From: a virus
Length of the DNA stretch: 47,808 nucleotides
UHGV virus genome: UHGV-1373571
Strand: one strand, 5' to 3'
The position numbers were made by a program, and so were the translations under genes. The notes below the pieces were generated by a model. That model saw only the letters and a program-made list of their open reading frames with translations. It searched no databases and was not told the origin of the DNA. Shown piece by piece: positions 25,572 to 36,191 of this stretch (positions are counted from its first letter, which is position 1; each line of letters starts with the position of its first letter).

Positions 25572-27092
25572 GTGTGGTGGTTTAAAAAGAAAGAAGTCGC
25601 CGCGCCTGAGCCGGCAAAAGAACCGGAAGCACCGAAGGTCGGGATCAGGCCCGAGTCCGTGGCCGAAGTCCGCGCATCACCGAAAAGAGAGTTTCAGCGC
25701 TACGAACCGCCGAAAGGGGTGATCCCCGAGGCTATCAAAAGCGCCATTCTGGCAATGGACTCTACGCCTTACGATGCTCTCAATGCTGCGTATGGCGGTT
25801 ACGGCTACGGCGACTTTGATAGCTTTCCCGGATACCCGTATCTGGCCACGCTGGCGCAGAAGCCTGAATATCGCAAGATGGTTGGCACCATCGCGGAAGA
25901 AATGACCCGCAAATGGATAAAGCTCAAAACTGTCGGCGATGAAGACAAGGCGGATCGGGTAAGAAAACTTGAAGAGGCCATGAAGCGGTTTAAGGTGCGC
26001 GAGCGCTTTAAAGAAGCCGCAGAACACGACGGCTACTTTGGCGGCGGCCAGATTTACATCGACGTTCGTTCGCCGCGGGGAATCTCCGCATGGATGGACG
26101 ACAACGAGCTGCAATCGAAGCTCTTCATGAGCGACAAGAAAATCACGAAAGGCAGCCTGCAGGGGTTCAGGGTCATCGAGCCTATCTGGACCTATCCGGG
26201 GATTTATAACTCCGACAACCCGCTGAGCCCGGATTTCTACAAGCCGACGCAGTGGTTTGTCATGGGTCGGACCGTACATGCAAGCCGGATGATTGATTTC
26301 GTCTCGCGGCAGGTGCCGGATCTGCTGAAAGCATCGTATAACTTCCGCGGCCTGTCTCTCTCGCAGATTGCTGAGCCATACGTCAATAACTGGCTTCGCA
26401 CCCGCGACAGCGTCAGCGACATGATTCACTCGTTCTCTGTTCCGGTAATCGGAACAAATATGAGCACGATTCTGCAGGGCGGTGGGGCAGATAGTCTTCT
26501 GGCAAGGCTTGATGTCTTCAACCGATGCCGCGATAACCGTGGCGCATTCGCTAAAGACAACAACCCTACCCAGCCAGAAACGGTTGAGTTCGTTAACGCC
26601 CCGCTTAACGGTCTGGATGCCCTGCAGGCACAGTCGCAGGAGCACATGTCTGCGGTTTCGAGCATCCCGCTCGTCAAACTGCTGGGCATTACTCCAAATG
26701 GCCTTAACGCAACGTCTGACGGCGAAATCCGCGTTTTCTACGACTACATTCACGCCCTGCAGCAGTCTGTTTTTAAAGACAACCTGAAGCGTGTGATGGA
26801 CATTATTCAGCTCTCTGAGTTCGGCGACATTGACGATGGCATAACCTTCGACTTTGAGCCGCTGTACGAAATGAGTGCTAAAGAGCGGGCGGAAATTCGC
26901 AAAGTAGACGCGGACACTGACGCTGTCTATGTGGCCGCCAGCGTGCTCTCTGGCAACGAAGTCCGCGAAAAAATTGCCGGTGACCCGGATTCGCCCTATC
27001 ACTCTCTGGACCTGAATGATGACCTCGAAATCGAAGACGACTACGACGAAGAGGAAGAAGCAGACCCTGACGATAAGGGCGGTTCATCCTAA
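25572..27092 (+). CDS. portal protein
   Basis: 506 aa, GTG start. Follows terL. Acidic C-terminal tail (DLNDDLEIEDDYDEEEEADPDD). Confidence 0.7.
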   Translation: MWWFKKKEVAAPEPAKEPEAPKVGIRPESVAEVRASPKREFQRYEPPKGVIPEAIKSAILAMDSTPYDALNAAYGGYGYGDFDSFPGYPYLATLAQKPEYRKMVGTIAEEMTRKWIKLKTVGDEDKADRVRKLEEAMKRFKVRERFKEAAEHDGYFGGGQIYIDVRSPRGISAWMDDNELQSKLFMSDKKITKGSLQGFRVIEPIWTYPGIYNSDNPLSPDFYKPTQWFVMGRTVHASRMIDFVSRQVPDLLKASYNFRGLSLSQIAEPYVNNWLRTRDSVSDMIHSFSVPVIGTNMSTILQGGGADSLLARLDVFNRCRDNRGAFAKDNNPTQPETVEFVNAPLNGLDALQAQSQEHMSAVSSIPLVKLLGITPNGLNATSDGEIRVFYDYIHALQQSVFKDNLKRVMDIIQLSEFGDIDDGITFDFEPLYEMSAKERAEIRKVDADTDAVYVAASVLSGNEVREKIAGDPDSPYHSLDLNDDLEIEDDYDEEEEADPDDKGGSS

Positions 27093-27843
27093 CGCTGGCG
27101 TTGAAGCATGGTACCGCCGACAGCTTGATAAGCAGGTGCAGGAAATGCAGGCGTCTGTTGTCTACTGGCTGTCGGCAAACTATCGGGCCAGCGGCGCGGC
27201 TTTCGCCATGGATGCATCGCCTGCAGTGATGATGCGGAATGCCATGCAGAAACTGGCTAAGCGCTGGACGCGGCGGTTTGATGACATGGCGCAAAAGCTT
27301 GCCGACAGGTTCGCTAACGACGCCATGAAAAACGCGGATACTTCACTGGCCACAGCCTTCAAAGATGCGGGGTTTACTGTCGAGTTTAAGATGACCTCGC
27401 AGATGAATAACGCTCTTCAGGCAACCATCGCCGAGAATGTCGGCCTTATCCGATCCATCCCCGAGAAGTATTTCACCGAGGTGGAAGGGCTGGTTATGCG
27501 GTCGGTAGCGCGTGGGCGCGACCTGTCCTATCTCACCGATGAACTCCAGAAGCGATACGGGATTACCCGGCGCCGTGCGGCGTTCATTGCCCGAGATCAG
27601 AACAACAAGGCCACCTCAGTCGTTCAGTCTGCGCGACAGCAAGCGCTCGGCATTACCCAGGGAATATGGAAGCACTCCCATGCAGGGAAAAAGCCTCGCC
27701 AGTCCCATGTAAAAGCCAATGGCAAGCTGTTCGACCTCTCGGAGGGGATGCTCATTGATGGCGAGTACATCATGCCAGGCGAGTTACCAAATTGTCGTTG
27801 CACCTGGGAGGCTGTCATTCCAGGGCTTTCAAAACAGGATTGA
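27016..27843 (+). CDS. head morphogenesis protein, Mu gpF / SPP1 gp7 family
   Basis: C-terminal ...GELPNCRCTWEAV (the NCRC motif of the MuF family). The start is uncertain: 27016 overlaps the portal by 77 nt, and the alternative ATG is 27145. The conserved PNAGVEAWYRRQL stretch lies upstream of 27145, which favours the longer form. Confidence 0.65.
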   Translation: MMTSKSKTTTTKRKKQTLTIRAVHPNAGVEAWYRRQLDKQVQEMQASVVYWLSANYRASGAAFAMDASPAVMMRNAMQKLAKRWTRRFDDMAQKLADRFANDAMKNADTSLATAFKDAGFTVEFKMTSQMNNALQATIAENVGLIRSIPEKYFTEVEGLVMRSVARGRDLSYLTDELQKRYGITRRRAAFIARDQNNKATSVVQSARQQALGITQGIWKHSHAGKKPRQSHVKANGKLFDLSEGMLIDGEYIMPGELPNCRCTWEAVIPGLSKQD

Positions 27844-29016
<1,173 letters not shown>

Positions 29017-29017
29017 C

Positions 29018-29500
29018 ATGGCAGGTTTTCAGACACGAATTAACCAGTATCCGGCCCCCGGCGTCGAAGGGGCCTTTGCTGGCACCAACCCTCACGCGAC
29101 CTATCAGGCCGGCGAGGGAGCTCTGGTTGCTGGCGAGGACGGCCTGACTGTCGGCCGCTTCGCCTGGGTCGTTGACGGTGTGGCTTCCAATGCCGGTAGC
29201 GGTGTTCCGTCTGGCTTTGTCCATCGTGACGGTCAGACCTCGATCACCATCTGGCTGGGCCAGGCATCCATGCTTATCCAGCCCGGACGCGAAATCACCC
29301 TGATGGTTGCCGGTGACTTCTGGGCCAAAACGTCAACCGCTGCCACCCGCGGGCAGAAGGTTTTTGCATCCCTGACCACCGGTGAGGTGCAAGTCGCCGC
29401 AGCCGGCGCGACCGTGGCCGGTTTTATCGAGACCGCATTCTATGCCGCAAGCGATTGTGACGCTGGCGAGCTGGTCAAAATCAGCACCTGGAGCAAGTAA
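29018..29500 (+). CDS. putative capsid decoration/cement protein (DUF2190-like)
   Basis: 160 aa, Gly/Ala-rich beta-type protein immediately upstream of the major capsid gene. Confidence 0.45.
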   Translation: MAGFQTRINQYPAPGVEGAFAGTNPHATYQAGEGALVAGEDGLTVGRFAWVVDGVASNAGSGVPSGFVHRDGQTSITIWLGQASMLIQPGREITLMVAGDFWAKTSTAATRGQKVFASLTTGEVQVAAAGATVAGFIETAFYAASDCDAGELVKISTWSK

Positions 29501-30537
29501 TGAACGAATTTCAGCGACACTACGCCGCAGCTAGCGGGAAATATGGCATTGTGCTGCCCGGCGCAAAGGACTACCTGAAGCCGGAGTTTGCGGAGAATTT
29601 CGCACTGGCGATGGATGCCCAGCCGCAAATGGTTACTGCGAATAACGCCGGTATCCCGGCCTACTTCACGAACTACGTCGATCCGGAACTTATCCGCGTT
29701 CTCGTAACGCCGATGAAGGCCGCAGAGATTATCGGTGAAGTGAAAAAAGGCGACTGGACGACGCTGACCTCGCAGTTCCCGATCGTCGAGTCGACTGGTG
29801 AAACCAGCGCTTACGGCGACTTCAACAACAACGGCATGACGTCCGCCAACGTTAACTGGGTACCGCGCCAGTCGTTCCATTATCAGACTCACACCCGCTG
29901 GGGTGAGCGCGAGCTGGACATGTACGGCGCCGGGCGTATCGGCTATGCCGCCGAGCTCAACGTGGCCTCTGCGCTTGTGCTGAACAAGTTCCAGAACAAG
30001 TCCTACTTCTACGGCATCGCCGGACTGGAAAACTACGGTCTGCTCAACGATCCGTCTCTGAGCGCTTCGGTTACTCCGGCGGCGACTGGTTCCGGCGGTG
30101 GCGTTACCTGGGCAACGAAAGACGGGCAGGCTGTATATGACGACATTTCCGGTCGCCTCTATAAGCAGCTGGTCTCTCAGACCAAAGGCCTCGTAGAGCG
30201 CACCGATCGCATGGTACTCGGCATGTCGCCGGAAATGGAAGTCAACCTGACCAAGACGAACCAGTACAACGTGAACGTCACCGATCAGCTGAAGAAAAAC
30301 TTCCCGAACATGCGTATCGAAACCGCTGTTGAATACAGCACCGCCTCAGGCGAGCTGGTGCAACTGATTGTTGAGCGTCTGGGTGAGCAGGACACCGCTT
30401 ACGCAGCATTCACCGAGAAGATGCGCGCGCATGCTGTCGTGGTGGAAGAGTCTTCCTGGCGGCAGAAAAAATCCGGTGGCACCTGGGGTGCAATCATTCG
30501 TCAACCGCTGGGCATTGCCAGCATGATCGGGGTGTAA
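29500..30537 (+). CDS. major capsid protein
   Basis: 345 aa. Size and position after the scaffold and decoration genes. Highly expressed-type codon usage. Confidence 0.65.
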   Translation: MNEFQRHYAAASGKYGIVLPGAKDYLKPEFAENFALAMDAQPQMVTANNAGIPAYFTNYVDPELIRVLVTPMKAAEIIGEVKKGDWTTLTSQFPIVESTGETSAYGDFNNNGMTSANVNWVPRQSFHYQTHTRWGERELDMYGAGRIGYAAELNVASALVLNKFQNKSYFYGIAGLENYGLLNDPSLSASVTPAATGSGGGVTWATKDGQAVYDDISGRLYKQLVSQTKGLVERTDRMVLGMSPEMEVNLTKTNQYNVNVTDQLKKNFPNMRIETAVEYSTASGELVQLIVERLGEQDTAYAAFTEKMRAHAVVVEESSWRQKKSGGTWGAIIRQPLGIASMIGV

Positions 30538-30538
30538 C

Positions 30539-30865
30539 ATGGCCGAAACAGTAACTGTAGGATGCAAACTGCCGAACGGCCTGATCCTGGAGCAGGGCGG
30601 GTACAAAGTGGAGCTTAACGGCTCCAACTCCTCTCTCGTTTTCGGCGGCTACGGCCTGACCGAAAACGTGGACAAGGAAGCGTTTGAAGCATGGATGGCA
30701 GTACATGCTGATCAGCCATACGTTCGCAAAGAGCTAGTGTTTGCCCAGGCGAAAACCAGCAGCGCCCAGGCGAAAGCGAATGAAAACGCTTCGGAGAAAA
30801 CTGGTCTGGAAGGTCTGGATCAGAACAACCCGGCCCCGGGCGTTGAGAAGGCGGACAAAAAATAA
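30539..30865 (+). CDS. hypothetical head-associated protein
   Basis: 108-aa ORF. Confidence 0.45.
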   Translation: MAETVTVGCKLPNGLILEQGGYKVELNGSNSSLVFGGYGLTENVDKEAFEAWMAVHADQPYVRKELVFAQAKTSSAQAKANENASEKTGLEGLDQNNPAPGVEKADKK

Positions 30866-31308
30866 TGGCGATCGTTGTCTTTGATGTTGCCGCATTTCGT
30901 GAGCGTTATCCGGAGTTCGATGCCGTAAGTGGAACGCTGCTTAATGCGTACTTCACGGAGGCAACGATTTACCTTGATAACACGGACCGCAGCCTGGTTG
31001 CGGATGTTGCTGTCCGCGCCGTCTTCTTGAATATGCTGGTTGCTCACATCGCGGCTTTGAATTCAGGCGTAAACGGCGAGAAGGCGTCTGGTCTGGTAGG
31101 TCGGGTGGCAAGCGCATCAGAGGGGTCTGTATCGGTTTCGACTGATGCGGGTCCTTCCAGTGCGTCATCGTGGTGGTATCTCCAGACGCCATACGGCGCT
31201 GCTTACTGGCAAGCTACAGCCCCTTATCGCACTGTGCGATATGTCCCTGGGTCCTCTCCTTCGATGTACCCTGGCCATTATAACCGCCGCTCTTTCATCA
31301 GGAGGTAG
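30865..31308 (+). CDS. putative head-tail connector/adaptor (DUF4054-like)
   Basis: 147 aa, by position after the capsid genes. Confidence 0.4.
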   Translation: MAIVVFDVAAFRERYPEFDAVSGTLLNAYFTEATIYLDNTDRSLVADVAVRAVFLNMLVAHIAALNSGVNGEKASGLVGRVASASEGSVSVSTDAGPSSASSWWYLQTPYGAAYWQATAPYRTVRYVPGSSPSMYPGHYNRRSFIRR

Positions 31309-31310
31309 CT

Positions 31311-31874
31311 ATGGATGGAATGTCAGGCGGAGATAAGCTGATGGAGCACCTGCAGTCGATCGCAAAGGGGCTGTCCTCTGGCGATGATTTGAAGGTTGGT
31401 TTCCTTGAAGGGTCCAAATACCCCGACGGGACGCCGGTAGCACTTGTGGCAGCCACCAACGAATTTGGCGGCACTGTAAAAATCCCGGCGCATACCAGGG
31501 ATTTGAACTTTTACGTTCGCCGTGACGGCGTTTCTCGCTTCGCTAAGCCATCAAAGGCCAATTTCGCGCAGTCAGTAATGATACCCGAGCATATCGTTAC
31601 GATCCCATCCAGGCCGTACTTCAGGAAGACCATTTCTGAACATGGTCCGGAGTGGGGCGGAGAGCTTGGGAAACTCATGAAGGCAAACGATTTTGACGCC
31701 CGCAAAAGCCTGGCGCTGATGGGAGAGCGGATCAAGGGGCAGATTCAGTCGTCAATCATCGCCTTTTCTGAGCCGCCGAACGCAAAAAGCACGGTCGACA
31801 AAAAAGGGTTTAATGACCCATTAATCGACTCGGCCCACATGCTGAACTCGGTCGACTACGAGGTGAAAGAGTGA
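31311..31874 (+). CDS. hypothetical virion structural protein
   Basis: 187-aa ORF. Confidence 0.45.
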   Translation: MDGMSGGDKLMEHLQSIAKGLSSGDDLKVGFLEGSKYPDGTPVALVAATNEFGGTVKIPAHTRDLNFYVRRDGVSRFAKPSKANFAQSVMIPEHIVTIPSRPYFRKTISEHGPEWGGELGKLMKANDFDARKSLALMGERIKGQIQSSIIAFSEPPNAKSTVDKKGFNDPLIDSAHMLNSVDYEVKE

Positions 31875-32239
31875 ATCTTCATTCCATAGTGCGAAGCGCC
31901 ATTAGCGCGGTTAATCCTCGCGTCGAGGCGCAGATTTACCGCTCGATCGGACCAATCAAAAACCCGGATTACTCGACTTCTCCTGGCTTCGCGCCGCCGG
32001 TAACGATGATGGTGCAAAAGCAGGCGCTGAGTCAGGCTGATATCAGGCACATGGATAACATGAATATCCAGGGTGTGCTGGTCAGTATCTGGACGGATGG
32101 CAACTGGTGCGGGATTAACAGGGATCGGCAGCAGGGCGGCGATAAGTTCGTTATCGGCGATGAAACATGGCTGGTTGTGGATGTGCCTGAAATCTGGCCG
32201 GACTGGACGAGGGTTATCGCATGTCAACAATTGACGTAG
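31871..32239 (+). CDS. hypothetical virion structural protein
   Basis: 122-aa ORF. Confidence 0.45.
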   Translation: MNLHSIVRSAISAVNPRVEAQIYRSIGPIKNPDYSTSPGFAPPVTMMVQKQALSQADIRHMDNMNIQGVLVSIWTDGNWCGINRDRQQGGDKFVIGDETWLVVDVPEIWPDWTRVIACQQLT

Positions 32240-32772
32240 GCCTGCAGGTCACTGAAAGCGATCTGTTTAAGGCGACTGGCGATTTCCTTTCCGTCCTCTT
32301 CCCGGATGCAGAGATCACGCAGACTCAGCAAAATCAGACACCCATGCCGAAAGGCGGATTCATTACTATGACGCCGCTTTTTCTGACGGACCTATCAACC
32401 AGTGCTGTCAATTACGAGTATGACGGCGTTAGCGATTACGGGCGGGCAGAACTTCGCCGCGTTGATGAATGGCAATGTCAGCTCGATTTCTACGGAGATC
32501 AGGCGCAAAACAATGCCACCATCTTTTCGCGTGTTGCCCGCTCCGAATTCGCATGCACCTGGTTCAGGGAAAACGCAAATGTCCTGGTACCGCTTTATTC
32601 CGGCCCCCCGCGGCAAACCTCGATGATCAACGGCGAGAAACAGTGGGAATCCCGCTGGACGCTTGAATTCCACGCAAACCCGCTGATTGTCGTCAGCGTT
32701 CCTCAGCAGTTTATGACAGGCGCAGATGTAATATCGCAGCCGGTCGACGTGAGATTTCCTCCGGAGAAATAA
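32221..32772 (+). CDS. putative tail completion/terminator protein
   Basis: 183-aa ORF directly upstream of the sheath gene. Confidence 0.4.
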   Translation: MSTIDVGLQVTESDLFKATGDFLSVLFPDAEITQTQQNQTPMPKGGFITMTPLFLTDLSTSAVNYEYDGVSDYGRAELRRVDEWQCQLDFYGDQAQNNATIFSRVARSEFACTWFRENANVLVPLYSGPPRQTSMINGEKQWESRWTLEFHANPLIVVSVPQQFMTGADVISQPVDVRFPPEK

Positions 32773-32775
32773 TAA

Positions 32776-34257
32776 ATGGCAATTTCGCTATCAAAAATCG
32801 CCCAGATGCTTCCCGGCGTACTGAAGGCGACAGGGACAGCTATTGATCTCAATGGCCTGTTCCTGACCGACAGCGCATACGCGCCGGTTGGTGCAGTACC
32901 CTCATTTTCCAGTGCGGATGAGGTAAAGGCGTACTTCGGCAGCGCGTCGATTGAGTACACCGCCGCCGTGCTGTATTTCGCCGCATTCACCGGTAAAACG
33001 CAGATGCCTGGCAAGCTGTATTTTAGCCGATTCAATACCGCAGCAGTGGCGGCATTCCTTCGTTCCGGATCGCACGCCGCGACCACGCTGGCACAGCTCA
33101 AGTTGCTTTCGGGTACGCTGACTCTGACCGTTGATGGTACGGAGGAGACTTCTGCGGCTATCAACCTCAGCGGCGCCACCAGTTTTGATAACGCGGCAGA
33201 GCTGATTGAAACCGGCATTGGCTCCTCGGTTGTAGTGACCTGGGATAGCGTGCTGAAGAAATTTATCATCACTTCTGCCACCACGGGCGTGGATAGCACC
33301 ATTACCTTTGCCGATGAAGGTACGCTGGCCACAGGCCTTAAACTGACCGAAGCGACCGGCGCGGTGATCTCTCAGGGGGCGGCGCCGGCGGTGGTTGACG
33401 ATATCTTTACTGCCATTCTTGCCAAAGAGCAGGACTGGGTAACATTCTCCACGACGTTCGCTGTCACCAAAGACCAGGCTAATGCGTTTGCGCTCTGGAC
33501 AAACAGCCAGAACCATCGCTTTGCCTATGTCCCATGGGACGCATCAGGAACGGCAATCGTGGCGGGCAGCTCGAATGCACTGGTGTACGACATCATCAAC
33601 ACCTACGCCTATAACGACATCTGCCCGGTGTATGGTTATCCGAACCACGCAGCAAACGCTATGGGGTTTGTGGCTGCGCTGAACTTCACGCAGGCCAATG
33701 GGCGCTGTTCTCTGAATGGTCGTCAGGTGTCCGGCCTGCTGCCGATGATCAGCAACGATACTGATTACGAGGCGGCTAAGGCCAACGGCTATAACTTCTA
33801 CGGAAACTATGCCTCGAATGCAGTCGAAACCAACCAGTGGGCGCCCGGCTCTATTACCGGTGATTACGCCTGGCTTGACGCATGGGCTGGTCAGGTATGG
33901 GTAAATGCTCAGCTTCAGGCGGCTCTCGTTGCGCTGTTCCAGCAGGCGAGCAATCTGCCTTACGCAGCAGCCGGGAAAGCTCGTATTGAGTCGTGCATGA
34001 AGCCGACCATTGAGCAATTCAGGGCATGGGGTGGCATGACGGCGGGAACCGATCTTGACCAGTCGCAGATCGACCAGATTAACGCCATCGCTGGCGTTGA
34101 TGTTACGGATTCGCTTCTGGCTGAAGGGTATTACGTCTATATCGGCCCGTTCACCCCGGCAATGCGCGCCGCGCGTACCAAGCCAACGGTTTACTTCTGG
34201 TACACCGACGGCGGGATCATCCAGGGTATCACCGTTAACAGCGTGGAGGTGCAGTAA
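32776..34257 (+). CDS. contractile tail sheath protein (DUF3383-like)
   Basis: 493 aa. Size and position directly upstream of the tube gene. Confidence 0.6.
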   Translation: MAISLSKIAQMLPGVLKATGTAIDLNGLFLTDSAYAPVGAVPSFSSADEVKAYFGSASIEYTAAVLYFAAFTGKTQMPGKLYFSRFNTAAVAAFLRSGSHAATTLAQLKLLSGTLTLTVDGTEETSAAINLSGATSFDNAAELIETGIGSSVVVTWDSVLKKFIITSATTGVDSTITFADEGTLATGLKLTEATGAVISQGAAPAVVDDIFTAILAKEQDWVTFSTTFAVTKDQANAFALWTNSQNHRFAYVPWDASGTAIVAGSSNALVYDIINTYAYNDICPVYGYPNHAANAMGFVAALNFTQANGRCSLNGRQVSGLLPMISNDTDYEAAKANGYNFYGNYASNAVETNQWAPGSITGDYAWLDAWAGQVWVNAQLQAALVALFQQASNLPYAAAGKARIESCMKPTIEQFRAWGGMTAGTDLDQSQIDQINAIAGVDVTDSLLAEGYYVYIGPFTPAMRAARTKPTVYFWYTDGGIIQGITVNSVEVQ

Positions 34258-34700
34258 TGGCCGGTCAAAATATTACGTCGGCAGACGCCATCATTGAGCT
34301 GGTAATCGCTGAACTCTACCCATCCGGGTTTAACCTGGAGCAGTTCGAAGCGCAAAACATCTTCGAAATGGGTGATACCGACACGGCAGAGTACCAGCGT
34401 ACTGCTGACGGTAAACTGCTGGGTGGTTTTATTTATGGTGATCTGCCGTGGACATTCCATCTGGCGGCATCATCCCCGTCGATTAAGTACATCGACAACT
34501 GGCAAACCACTCAGATGACCACGCGGTCTGTGCTGCGTGTCAATGGGACGGTGATCCTGCCATCGCTGGGTAAAAAGTACATCATGACCAACGGTATCCT
34601 GCAGCGCGCGCGCCGTATGCCGTCTGCCGGCCGTGTGCTTCAGCCGGTAACTGGACTCATCCAGTGGGAAACTGTCACCCCGGCAGACTACTCAGCGTAA
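34257..34700 (+). CDS. tail tube protein (DUF3277-like)
   Basis: 147 aa, coupled to the sheath gene and followed by a strong terminator. Confidence 0.55.
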   Translation: MAGQNITSADAIIELVIAELYPSGFNLEQFEAQNIFEMGDTDTAEYQRTADGKLLGGFIYGDLPWTFHLAASSPSIKYIDNWQTTQMTTRSVLRVNGTVILPSLGKKYIMTNGILQRARRMPSAGRVLQPVTGLIQWETVTPADYSA

Positions 34701-34706
34701 AAAAAA

Positions 34707-34734
34707 TCAGCCCGGCTAAGTCCGGGCTTTTTTA
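34707..34734. terminator. intrinsic terminator after the tube gene, potentially bidirectional
   Basis: A8 run, then AGCCCGG-CTAAGT-CCGGGCT, then TTTTTT. Confidence 0.75.
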
Positions 34735-34882
34735 TACCAGAAATAAACCTCCTGCGCGTCGCAGCGCATTTAACTCCCGAGTCTTTCAGAAAGCTGAGCC
34801 TGAGAAATGCCGTATAGGTGCGGACCTTCTCGGGGCGGCATTTCTGTGCGAACAGGCTCATCTTTCTAAAGGAAATACCGCA

Positions 34883-35440
34883 ATGTCATACCCAACAGTT
34901 ATTAACGGACTTGATTTCCGTGACCTCATTTTTGTTGCTGACAACGACCCGGTAACTGACTCGTTTATGGTGGCGAAGGCATTTGGGAAACGTCCTGACA
35001 ACGTCATTCGTGATATCGAAAAGACTATTAAGGCATGCCCGGAAGAGTTCGATACAAAACTCAATTTTGAGGTTTGCTATAAAAACAATGAGTTGCAGAA
35101 TGGAAAGCCGCAGAAATTCTATCGCCTCCGCAAAGATGGGTTAATGCTTCTGGTTATGTCCTACACCAAAAAAGAGGCGATGCGTATCAAGATCGCCTAC
35201 ATCAACGCCTTCAACTGGATGTACGCGATGCTCCAGGTTGGGCGGCGCCAGTTTGAAGAAGAGCGTAATGCCGTCATGCTGGAGTTCCTGAAAGAGAAGG
35301 ATGTTGCCAGTATGTCTGGTCGCCTGCTGCGCCGGTGGGGGAAAGAGAAGAAGCCCCAGCTACTTTCACGCATTGAGCAACTGGACAAGCAAGGCCAGTT
35401 GGCATTGCCCGGTTTTCCTGGTGCGCTTACCGAATCATGA
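34883..35440 (+). CDS. rha: phage regulatory protein Rha family (moron between tube and chaperone genes)
   Basis: 185 aa from the ATG at 34883. DLIFVADNDPVTDSFMVAKAFGKRPDNVIRDIEK matches the Rha N-terminal domain signature. Own upstream region and flanking terminators. Confidence 0.65.
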   Translation: MSYPTVINGLDFRDLIFVADNDPVTDSFMVAKAFGKRPDNVIRDIEKTIKACPEEFDTKLNFEVCYKNNELQNGKPQKFYRLRKDGLMLLVMSYTKKEAMRIKIAYINAFNWMYAMLQVGRRQFEEERNAVMLEFLKEKDVASMSGRLLRRWGKEKKPQLLSRIEQLDKQGQLALPGFPGALTES

Positions 35441-35490
35441 AAACCACAAATTAGTGGTTTTTGTATGGCCCGCCACGGTGGGCTTTTTTA
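35441..35490 (+). terminator. tandem hairpins with T-run after rha
   Basis: AAACCAC-AAATTA-GTGGTTT, then GCCCG-CCACGG-TGGGC, then TTTTTTATT. Confidence 0.6.
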
Positions 35491-35519
35491 TTGCCAGATA
35501 ACTCATTCAGGAAACAAAA

Positions 35520-35996
35520 ATGGCTCGTAAAAGCATCGTATTCACGGTTGAAGCAGATAATCGTGACAAGGGTAAGCAGTTCAAAATCACCGAAATGCCG
35601 GCAAGAAAGGCCGAAGAGTGGGCGATCCGCCTGGCGTGCGCCGTGATTGGCGCCGGCGTTACCGTTCCCGACAATATGATGATGGCCATCCGTGCTGCGG
35701 TGGCGCCGGCCCCAGCCGAGGATAACGCAGAAGCTCGCGAGCTGTACGAAAGCGTGATGTCCAGCGGCATGGCAGGTCTCGCTCAGTGGGGTATCACTTC
35801 ACTGGCTAAAGTTCCGTTCGCACAGTCAAAGCCTCTGCTTGATGAGTTGCTTGGCTGCGTGAAATTCCTCGGCGGTAACGGTATCGAAACAGCGCTTGTT
35901 GACGAAGGGCAGATCGAAGAAATTAGCACCTGGTCACGCCTGAAAATCGAAGCCTTCAAACTCCATATCGCTTTTGTAGCAGCCACCGCAAGTTAG
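35520..35996 (+). CDS. tail assembly chaperone (G-like), with a probable -1 frameshift extension to 36214 (GT-like)
   Basis: 158 aa. The -1 frame is open from 35927 to 36214 (…EIPLSVPEDSDRGFIQYANVPRTIAAVISGKMATLHELDTVYSVQDMWWLIEIMTVDN…) with no start of its own. Position between the tube and tape-measure genes. Confidence 0.5.
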   Translation: MARKSIVFTVEADNRDKGKQFKITEMPARKAEEWAIRLACAVIGAGVTVPDNMMMAIRAAVAPAPAEDNAEARELYESVMSSGMAGLAQWGITSLAKVPFAQSKPLLDELLGCVKFLGGNGIETALVDEGQIEEISTWSRLKIEAFKLHIAFVAATAS

Positions 35997-36191
35997 AAAT
36001 CCCATTATCCGTCCCGGAAGATTCAGATCGCGGCTTCATACAGTATGCGAATGTACCGCGCACCATCGCCGCGGTGATCTCCGGGAAAATGGCGACACTC
36101 CACGAACTGGACACGGTATACAGCGTTCAGGATATGTGGTGGCTGATTGAAATAATGACCGTGGATAACACCAACAGAGCCATAGCGGAGA

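Noticed and set aside
25677-27002. 441-aa antisense ORF opposite the portal gene
   Set aside because: It is antisense to a well-supported structural gene in a co-directional operon. Long antisense ORFs are typical of GC-rich coding DNA. No RBS.
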